Translations under genes and position numbers: made by a program
Notes under the pieces: model-generated
What the model saw: the letters and a program-made list of their open reading frames with translations, nothing else
Database searches by the model: none
What the model was told of the DNA's origin: nothing
DNA from: Armatimonadota bacterium
GTDB taxonomy: Bacteria > Armatimonadota > UBA5829 > DSUL01
Length of the DNA: 64,000 nt
Assembly (NCBI GenBank): GCA_039811685.1
Contig: JBDHZC010000005.1
Location: 32,001 to 96,000, forward strand
Direction of reading: 5' to 3'
In this document: positions 41,415 through 48,857 of the stretch, piece by piece
Numbering within the stretch: the first letter of the stretch is position 1
How the letters are laid out: each line of letters begins with the position of its first letter

Positions 41415-41514
41415 CGGAGGAACAGCGCTTCATCCGCGCAGGTGTCCTCACCTGCGCATAGAATTGGCGAATCTTTCACCCACTGGCTCCAGGTGGGGAC
41501 ATCTGGAGAGATGT
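41411..41514 (+). repeat. 104-bp array element A, copy 2
   Basis: Same boundaries and length as copy 1. Confidence 0.95.
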
Positions 41515-41516
41515 AA

Positions 41517-41609
41517 ATGGGGGCCCTTCTGCCAGACTGGGACGATGATGATCCCAATCTGAACGGGGCGGAGAACGAGGACCTGGACCAGGTGACACGC
41601 GTCGAATGA
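41517..41609 (+). other. Short ORF / gene 3' tip (MGALLPDWDDDDPNLNGAENEDLDQVTRVE*)
   Basis: Open acidic frame whose stop overlaps the SD of the next gene. Confidence 0.45.
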
Positions 41610-41617
41610 GGAGACCA

Positions 41618-43090
41618 ATGGTTTACAATGGAGTTATGGTCGTCGCCCGGCAGAAAGGCCCTGCCGGCCACTATGCAGCTGTCCTCGCGATAGCCGCATT
41701 CGTGTCCGCAGTGTGTGCTGCACAAGCGGCGTGCGAACTGCCAACTCACGGTTGGGAGTTCACAGTCGCAGCGGAGCACACGCCGGCTGTAGCGATCAGT
41801 AGAGACGGCTCGCGCATCGCCGTTTCCGACTGGGCGGCCATCTATCTACTTGACCGGCAGGGCAAGGTGCTGTGGACCGCGAAGGCGCCACCGAAGAGTG
41901 GCTTCGGAGTGACCGCCATCTCTGACACCGGCCATCGTGTGCTGTGCTGGAAGATTCGGCGCCTCCCAAGTGTGGACAACGAGGATATCGACTACAACGC
42001 GGTGCTCTTCAACGGCGCCAACGGGCAGGTGCTGACCGAGATCGAGCTGGACGGGGGCCGAGTGCCGACGGCGCTGTCTGGCGATGGACGGTATATTCTG
42101 GCGGGCTATCCGCCGGACGGCCTGGGCCTGGAAATGGCAGCACAGCCTGATCCCGCCAACTACCTCATGCTCTTAGATGACACCGGCAAGACCGTCTGGC
42201 GCTCAGACAAGCTTGCCCAAAAGCCCGTTGTCGGAGCGGCTTACGGCTTTTTATCCCACACCGGTTCCTATGCGCTGCTCGGCGCAAAAGACCGCCTGAA
42301 CCTTGTGACCATCGGCGGCTATCACCTTTTCGACATTGCACTGACGTCAGACCCTGCCGTTTCCGCCGACGCTGACTTGATCATGATGGGCGCCACACCC
42401 GTGTTGTCCACAGACGTTCAGAAGTATGAGACCGCATGGCCTGTTGTCGCGCCACAGGGTGAGCAAGAGCCGCAGACATGGGGCCATGAGTCCTTTGGCT
42501 TCAAGACGTACACTGCAGCCGCGGCGCTCGCCTTGGTCCGCGTCGGGGATGTGGCCGAGGAGTCGCCTCCCCCGAACCGGCGGCATCCCTTTGCGGAGCT
42601 GGTGTGGGCGCATGGCGAGATCTGGGCGGGAAACCGGGAACGAGTGCTGGATGCGCCGAAGCTTCCGCCCATTCCCGCCGGTAATCCTGGACGGCGCGGG
42701 GTTGCCTACGGATCGGCTGGGCTGCTGGCAATTGTCGACCACACGCTGTTGGCGGCAGAGCTTGGGCAGGAGCACGCGGTGAAGTTGCTACGCCTGCCAG
42801 GGCTGGGGATTGTGAAAAGGGTCGGCGTGTCCAGCAACGCTTCCCGCGCCTACACTCTCGTCGCCGTCCCCGCTGGGTCCGATCTAGTGGGACGCGGCCC
42901 CAGCACGGGTTCGGCGGCTTCCGCTCTTGTCTGCACCGTCTGGGACAGGTCTGCCAAACCTGTTGCAACAATGCCTCTTTCAGAGCAGGAGAGGCCCTTC
43001 GCGATAGCCTTCTCCCACGCAGGCGATCTCCTGATCCTAGCGTGGAAGGGTAAGGTGCAGGCGTTCGAGATCGGAGGCGTCGCCAGGTAA
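41618..43090 (+). CDS. Secreted beta-rich (propeller-like) hypothetical protein
   Basis: SD GAGGAG; hydrophobic N-terminus; repeats such as AISRDGSRIAV, ALSGDGRYILAG, LLD..G..VW. Confidence 0.75.
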   Translation: MVYNGVMVVARQKGPAGHYAAVLAIAAFVSAVCAAQAACELPTHGWEFTVAAEHTPAVAISRDGSRIAVSDWAAIYLLDRQGKVLWTAKAPPKSGFGVTAISDTGHRVLCWKIRRLPSVDNEDIDYNAVLFNGANGQVLTEIELDGGRVPTALSGDGRYILAGYPPDGLGLEMAAQPDPANYLMLLDDTGKTVWRSDKLAQKPVVGAAYGFLSHTGSYALLGAKDRLNLVTIGGYHLFDIALTSDPAVSADADLIMMGATPVLSTDVQKYETAWPVVAPQGEQEPQTWGHESFGFKTYTAAAALALVRVGDVAEESPPPNRRHPFAELVWAHGEIWAGNRERVLDAPKLPPIPAGNPGRRGVAYGSAGLLAIVDHTLLAAELGQEHAVKLLRLPGLGIVKRVGVSSNASRAYTLVAVPAGSDLVGRGPSTGSAASALVCTVWDRSAKPVATMPLSEQERPFAIAFSHAGDLLILAWKGKVQAFEIGGVAR

Positions 43091-43255
43091 CCCGGGTCGA
43101 GAACCCAATGCAGTTGACTTACTACGCCGACTGGAACTCAGAGACCGTAGCGATGGCCGGACTGCTTGCCGGAGGGGACGGCCAGTGCGGCTCCGCCTCA
43201 GGCGCAGCACGACGGCCTGGAGGGCCCGGCCTAGCAGCAGATGGTCGCCTGTCTC

Positions 43256-43381
43256 ACGGATATGAAGACCGCGCTGGGGTGTCCCCAGGCTATGCTTCAT
43301 CCGCGCAGGTGTCCTCACCTGCGCATAGAATTGGCGAGTCCTTCGCCCACTGGCTCCAGATGGGGACACCTGGAGAGATGT
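43256..43381 (+). repeat. Array element A, copy 3 (variant 5' end)
   Basis: Matches the consensus from GCTTCATCC (43294) to GAGAGATGT (43381); different 5' arm. Confidence 0.9.
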
Positions 43382-43455
43382 AAAGCTCGACCTGATATCG
43401 AGTGACGTAGCCGGCAGGGAAGCCTCGTATCCATAGCGTTAGAAGGAGTCACTAG

Positions 43456-44538
43456 ATGAAGATCACCGCTGTTGCCAAAGCTCTTCTTGTCTGTTGGTTG
43501 GCGGTCGACGCCGTCAGCCCTGCCGTCGCCGAGAGCTATCTATTCAGTGAAGAGACGAAGCACCCCCTGATCGTCCAGCGCCCGCTGACAGGCATACTGG
43601 TTGATGAGACTATGTACACTCTCTCGATCGCGCCAGAGTCGGGCTATGCGCCTGTACTGACGGAGACGCCGATGACCGCGCTTGCCGCGCCTGTCAGCTA
43701 CGCTCTCACCGCAGTAGCCGACGCCAGACGCCCGGCCTTTCCTGTTCACTGGTCGCTGCGTGGAGGTTTTGTTTGGACGTTGACTGAGTCCGATACGCCG
43801 CTGAGTGGCATAGTGCCGTTTTACTTCAGTCTTCAGCGGACTGCGCTGACTGGCCTGGAGCCGTGTGCCGCAGCCACCACGCATGTGGTCAAGCCCGGTA
43901 CTGTTGCCGATGTGTGGCACGCTCATCTGGCTAAGTGGGAGCGTGTCGCTTTCACTGAGCCCGAGACGCTGAACGACGCGACGCGGGCCGCCCGGCCTCC
44001 CGAGGTACCCTATCCTCTTGCCGCTATCGTGGTGACGGGACCGGTGACCGTCCAGCTTTTCCAGTTGACCGCCCCACATATGATGGGATGGGAGTACCGT
44101 GGGCCGGAGAAGCCTCGGCGGTGGAAAGCCGCGTTTGGGCCGGGGATGGCGCCGATCTCTCCCGAGAGTCAGCGGGGCGTGCCTCTCAAGGAGCGTACTC
44201 ACTCCGGCGACTGGTGGCGCATAGGGATGTTCGACGTTCCCTTCAGCGAGGCCTAGGAAGTGGCCAAGGTCGAAGGTACCTACTACGCCGTGACACAGAG
44301 CGGAGAGGTTTTCTCTCTGGGCGACCTTACCGGGAAAGTAAAGAAGATCGACATAGGAGGCAGACGTGTGACGGCGATTCTGACGCTGGAGGAGAGCGGA
44401 AAGGTGTATCTTTGTTCGCATGAGGACTACGCGCCGCTGTCGGATTCGCCTGGATTCAAATCCATTCCTGGAGGACACCCAGACGTCACCAGATCGGCAA
44501 CGCAGTGCCTGCTGGACCTGGCGAAGGCGTTGAACTAG
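43456..44538 (+). pseudogene. Array family X protein interrupted by in-frame TAG at 44254..44256
   Basis: ORFs 43456..44256 and 44260..44538 are in frame; together they align with 47380..48381 and 40192..41184. Confidence 0.8.
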
Positions 44539-44774
44539 CGCAGGGACTGCCATCCGCACGCAGTGAAGGAAGGCAGCCATCGCGGAGTCAAAGAATCGAG
44601 AAATGAGCGGCTCAGGCGCAGTAAAGCGATCTGAATCTGAAGGCCGCGGAAGCTGCCAGGTCCGATTGGGAGCAGTGGCGGGCAGAGGACCAGAGCCAGT
44701 TTCAGTCCGGCACCAAGATCAAAGCTGAGGCTGGCGCACCCTCGATGTCGCCCGGCCCCGCGGCTCAGCCGTAG
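44536..44774 (+). repeat. Element B copy 2 (diverged) plus HEAT 3' remnant
   Basis: CAGTGAAGGAAGGCAGCCATCGCGGAGTCAAAG...CTCAGGCGCAG then ...GATTGGGAGCAGTGG...GCTCAGCCGTAG. Confidence 0.85.
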
Positions 44775-44874
44775 CGGAGGAACAGCGCTTCATCCGTGCA
44801 GATGAGCGCATCTGCGCATAGAATTGGCGAATCTTTCACCCACTGGCTCCAGGTGGGGACACTTGGAGAGATGT
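44771..44874 (+). repeat. 104-bp array element A, copy 4
   Basis: Same boundaries and length. Confidence 0.95.
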
Positions 44875-45019
44875 GATGCAAGACGATGCGTTGAGCGGGT
44901 TCTTTAGGCCGGCGGGTCAGTCCGGCTACTACCTCTACAAGAAGCAGTCGCCCAGCGATGTGCGGCTGCAAGATACTGAAGTTCCGTACCCGTAGCGCCT
45001 ATCGGCGAAAGAGGATGAA

Positions 45020-46012
45020 ATGTTTCGACAGTTGATCTGGTTTGTCACAGCAGCGCTCCCTTTGCTCGCACTTGTGCTCGCCGCGGCCGCGTGCGGTGCA
45101 AGCGATATTCCGGTCGCTGTGCCCGCCCCCGGAGAGCCGCCTGTTCTGTTCGCTGCCGAGTCAGCAGGTGTGCTCTACACGGCAACTCTGGAGGCGGACA
45201 AGCGCGTTGCGGTCATCGCCGCCCTGCCGCTTGATCGAGTTGCGGAAAAACGGACTTACACAGTGCCGGTACCCGCTCTCGAATACGAAAGTTTCCAGCG
45301 GCTCCGCTGGAGACTGGGCAGCGGATACGCGTGGCTGCTGCCAACGGTGCTGACGAATGGTGGCTTACGCCGCTACCCGATGTATCGCATTCCGCGCAGC
45401 GAACTCGACAAACTCCTCCACGGCAGTAACGAAGCCAGCGGAAGCGGCTTGAAAGACATGTGGTTTCCGCCGGGCTTTGCGCCACTCACACGCGCGGACG
45501 ATGAATCCGGGGTGAAAGGGCAGCCGATCTACGGAGACTTCTACCCTATCTCTACATCAGCTATCCGGCAGTTCATTTTGCAGGGCAGCGTACTGAGCGT
45601 CTGGGACTACCGCGGAAACCCAGACGCCAAGCGGCCTGCGGAAAGTGACAGAGACCTCACTCCCGTGGCTGACCGAGAGCATTACTTCGACTGGGTCCGC
45701 GTGGTGAAGCTGGAGGCGCCTTTCACGGAGTCCTTCCACGCGTTTCCTCAGAAGGGCGGGTTCCTGCTGGTTACGGACTCCGGCGCGCTCTACTCCGTCG
45801 CGGGCATCAGCACCGGCACTCCAGCGATACGCAGGGTGGATCTGGGCGACGAGCAGATCAGAGTTATCGTGCAGACGGAGGGTGGATCGGCCATTGCGGC
45901 GACGCAGACGAAGCGCCTCGAGCTGTCCTCGGCGCCGAAGCTGTCGCCGCTTTCGCATCCGCACAGCTCACCGACGGCTGCGGCCCTCGATCTGGCCAAA
46001 GCGCTGAAGTAG
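45020..46012 (+). CDS. Secreted hypothetical protein, array family X (copy b, near-identical to 40192..41184)
   Basis: Same 330-aa length; N-terminal ~195 aa identical. Confidence 0.8.
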   Translation: MFRQLIWFVTAALPLLALVLAAAACGASDIPVAVPAPGEPPVLFAAESAGVLYTATLEADKRVAVIAALPLDRVAEKRTYTVPVPALEYESFQRLRWRLGSGYAWLLPTVLTNGGLRRYPMYRIPRSELDKLLHGSNEASGSGLKDMWFPPGFAPLTRADDESGVKGQPIYGDFYPISTSAIRQFILQGSVLSVWDYRGNPDAKRPAESDRDLTPVADREHYFDWVRVVKLEAPFTESFHAFPQKGGFLLVTDSGALYSVAGISTGTPAIRRVDLGDEQIRVIVQTEGGSAIAATQTKRLELSSAPKLSPLSHPHSSPTAAALDLAKALK

Positions 46013-46115
46013 TAGCGGGGGAACAGCGCTTCATCCGCGCAGATGAGCTCATCTGCGCAAAGCATTGGCGAGTCCTTCACCCACTGGCTCCAGGTGGGGA
46101 CACCTGGAGAGATGT
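46012..46115 (+). repeat. 104-bp array element A, copy 5
   Basis: Same boundaries and length; directly abuts the gene stop. Confidence 0.95.
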
Positions 46116-46268
46116 AAAGCGACGTTCGTGGCGGCAATCAACCAGGAGAGGATCGCGGGTGATAAGGATTACGAGGAGCAGGCCTACGGCGCGGAGGCCG
46201 TGTGCGAAATGGACCTGCTGGAGGAGACGTGCGCGTACGTCACGCCGCCATGTGAGGCGTGTCCATGA
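46116..46268 (+). other. Gene 3' tip, Cys-rich (..EEQAYGAEAVCEMDLLEETCAYVTPPCEACP*)
   Basis: Motif shared with 48712..48838. Confidence 0.55.
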
Positions 46269-46300
46269 CCATGGTATGCAGTCCTAGAACGGAGGTCGTT

Positions 46301-47221
46301 TTGAAACTCTTTATTGTGCTACTGCTTGCTGCTGCTCTTTGTGTTACGGCAATATCCGAGGGTGCGTCGGCCGAGCGCACGTGTGCCGCCACCAGGTATT
46401 ACCGCTCCACGGTTTCTGAGTTGGTCGGGCTGCTTTCGAGTGGGCTGTCTATCGACCGGTTCGACGCGGCTCTCGAACTCGGGCGGCGAGGCGATGTGTC
46501 AGTGATCCCTGCAATGAAGGCTGCGCTTGGCGATCCGGAGCGTTTCGTGCGGATGCGGATAGCTGCTGCGCTGCTGGATCTCGGCGATCGAAGCGGCGTG
46601 GAGGTACTTCACGAAGTTGTTACGTCGGGTGAGCCCTACTGGAGTCTGGCAGCGGCGGAGGTGCTTGCCCATCACGGTGACACCTTTGGCCGTGATCTCA
46701 TCAGGAAGGCTCACTCTTCGAGCAGTTGGGTCGCTCGCTCCTCAGCCTTAAGGGCCTCGGCCGACCTTCCGGAGGGGCCGCCCTACGACGCCGTGGCTGC
46801 CGGACTGGAGGACTCGCAGCAGATTGTCCGCTTGACCGCCCTGAGGGCTGCTCAAATGTGCCATGACCCCCGGGTGAAGGATCTGGTCCGCAAGGCGTTG
46901 TCTTCTTCCGATACGCTTCTGAGGGCGCGCGCGGCCATCATAATTGCGGAGGAGGGGCAGCCCGCAGACATTCCGGCTCTGATAGCGCTGTTGACAGCTC
47001 CGGATGGGGTTACCCGTTCTGCCGTTCTCAGAGCACTGCAGTCGCTGACGGGGCGTGCTTCTCCGTCGAAAACCGTTCTGACTCTTAAGGCTGCGACAGC
47101 TATCCGCGCTGAGTGGGAGCAGTGGTGGGCCGAGAACCAGAGCCAGTTCCCGCCTGGTACCAAGATCAAAGCTGAGGCTGGCGCACCCTCGGTGTCGCCC
47201 GGACCCGCGGCTCAGCCGTAG
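46301..47221 (+). CDS. Secreted HEAT-repeat protein
   Basis: SD GGAGG, TTG start, signal peptide, HEAT repeats, WEQWW tail. Confidence 0.82.
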   Translation: MKLFIVLLLAAALCVTAISEGASAERTCAATRYYRSTVSELVGLLSSGLSIDRFDAALELGRRGDVSVIPAMKAALGDPERFVRMRIAAALLDLGDRSGVEVLHEVVTSGEPYWSLAAAEVLAHHGDTFGRDLIRKAHSSSSWVARSSALRASADLPEGPPYDAVAAGLEDSQQIVRLTALRAAQMCHDPRVKDLVRKALSSSDTLLRARAAIIIAEEGQPADIPALIALLTAPDGVTRSAVLRALQSLTGRASPSKTVLTLKAATAIRAEWEQWWAENQSQFPPGTKIKAEAGAPSVSPGPAAQP

Positions 47222-47321
47222 CGGAGGAACAGCGCTTCATCCGTGCAGAGGAGCGCATCTGCGCATGGACTTGGCGAATCTTTCGCCCACTGGCTCCAGA
47301 TGGGGACACCTGGAGAGATGT
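47218..47321 (+). repeat. 104-bp array element A, copy 6
   Basis: Same boundaries and length; GTAG overlaps the HEAT stop. Confidence 0.95.
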
Positions 47322-47379
47322 AAGTCGCGAATACTGAGCGCAACTGAGATGCACAATGAGAAGCAAAGGACACAGTAAA

Positions 47380-48381
47380 ATGAGGGTACGGAAACGGCCT
47401 CTTCTTCTTCTCTTCGGAGTCCTACTTGTCACCACTCCACCAGCTGTCGGGCAGCCGTCTCCTGGTGTTCGCCTACGTCCTGGTCAAAGCCAACTGGTGC
47501 AGACTCCGCTGACGGCCTCTTCACGTGCGGGCGTTCTTTACACAGTGATCATTGACAAAGGGCGTGCCTTGCTGCGGCAGACGCCTCTTGATACTTCATC
47601 GCCCGTTCGCTTCGCAAGTCTGGAGTCCTCCAGCCGTTTGACCGGTATCGGCCCGATGTTTCCAGCGCATTGGGGACTTGCAGACGGCTTCCTTTGGTCG
47701 CTGGTTCTTGAAGAAGGAGACGCATACTGGGCCAGCCCACATCTAAGCCGCTTCGCGCTGGAGGACATGCGTCTCGTGGACCCGGACAACGCCCTTCCGC
47801 CTCGAGGCGCGCACCGCACAAGGCGCACAGAAGTCCCCCCGTATCCTCTCCTGGATGCCATCGCGGAAGGGTCAAACCGTGACTTACTGGTCTTCCCCGC
47901 GCTTCAGCCCCTGTCGCGCAAATCCGTCCGCCTGTTCGTGCTGCAGCCGCCCGTGCTGACGGTATGGGTGAACGAAGACCCCGCGCTTTTCGCACCACGA
48001 ACGTCCGGACGCAGCGTCGAAGGACGCGTGAAGGAAAAGGGCAGGATTGAGAACTGGTTGAAGGTTGCGTCTATCAGTGTTCCTTTCGCCGAGCCTTTCG
48101 AAGTTGTTGGGTGCGGTTCCGTCTGCTACTTCATCACAGGAAGCGGGGACCTCTATGCAGATAAAGATCTGAAGGCAAGTCCGCAGAAGATCGACACAGG
48201 AGGCAGGCGCGTGACGGCGATTCTGACGCTGGAGGAGAGCGGAAAGGTGTATCTTTGTTCGCACGAGGACTACGCGCCGCTGTCGGATTCGCCTGGATTC
48301 AAATCCATTCCTGGAGGTCACCCAGGCGTCACCAGGTCGGCAACGCAGTGCCTGCTGGACCTGGCCAAAGCGCTGAAGTAG
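47380..48381 (+). CDS. Secreted hypothetical protein, array family X
   Basis: Signal peptide; GVLYT, HWGL..GFLW, PFAEPF, TGSG.LY, LDLAKALK shared with paralogs. Confidence 0.78.
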   Translation: MRVRKRPLLLLFGVLLVTTPPAVGQPSPGVRLRPGQSQLVQTPLTASSRAGVLYTVIIDKGRALLRQTPLDTSSPVRFASLESSSRLTGIGPMFPAHWGLADGFLWSLVLEEGDAYWASPHLSRFALEDMRLVDPDNALPPRGAHRTRRTEVPPYPLLDAIAEGSNRDLLVFPALQPLSRKSVRLFVLQPPVLTVWVNEDPALFAPRTSGRSVEGRVKEKGRIENWLKVASISVPFAEPFEVVGCGSVCYFITGSGDLYADKDLKASPQKIDTGGRRVTAILTLEESGKVYLCSHEDYAPLSDSPGFKSIPGGHPGVTRSATQCLLDLAKALK

Positions 48382-48611
48382 TAGCGGGGTCGGCCGCGCT
48401 CAGTGAAGGAAGTCAGCCATCGCGGAGTCAAAGCATGGAGAAACGAGCGGCTCAGGCGCAGCAAACCGTTCTGACTCTTAAAGCTGCGACAGCTATCCGC
48501 TCCGATTGGGAGCAGTGGTGGGCCGAGAACCAGAGCCAGTTCCCGCCTGGCGCCAAGATCAAAGCTGAGGCCGCACCCCCGGCGTCGCCCGGACCCGCGG
48601 CTCAGCCGTAG
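48381..48611 (+). repeat. Element B copy 3 plus HEAT 3' remnant
   Basis: B 48381..48462, remnant 48463..48611. Confidence 0.88.
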
Positions 48612-48711
48612 CGGTGGAACAGCGCTTCACCCGTGCAGAGGAGCGCATCTGCGCATTGAATTGGCGCATCTTTCGCCCACTGGCTCCAGGTGGGGACATC
48701 TGGAGAGATGT
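48608..48711 (+). repeat. 104-bp array element A, copy 7
   Basis: Same boundaries and length. Confidence 0.95.
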
Positions 48712-48838
48712 AAACAAACAACGTGATGAAGAAGAAGCGTACTCCGAACAGGAGATGTGCGAGAGGCTTACGTTGGACGACTGGTGTACATTTGGTATCC
48801 ACGGGCCCTGCACGGCGTGCGATGATCTCAATGACTAG
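48712..48838 (+). other. Gene 3' tip, Cys-rich (..EEEAYSEQEMCERLTLDDWCTFGIHGPCTACDDLND*)
   Basis: Motif shared with 46116..46268. Confidence 0.55.
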
Positions 48839-48857
48839 CAAGATGATGGAGGAAAGA

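Noticed and set aside
47218..47323. Programmed amber read-through / pyrrolysine signal (hairpins directly after TAG, 33-codon extension)
   Set aside because: Copy 5 follows a double TAG TAG, copy 7 has an internal stop, TAG is a normal stop throughout the window, and no pyl genes are seen
40192..48381. Diversity-generating retroelement TR/VR pair
   Set aside because: Differences between repeats are not adenine-specific and no reverse transcriptase is present
39943..48711. CRISPR array
   Set aside because: Repeats are 104 bp, spaced 1.2-1.9 kb apart by whole genes; no cas genes
39943..48711. Classical integron attC sites
   Set aside because: No RYYYAAC/GTTRRRY boundaries, not one long imperfect palindrome, and no intI in the window
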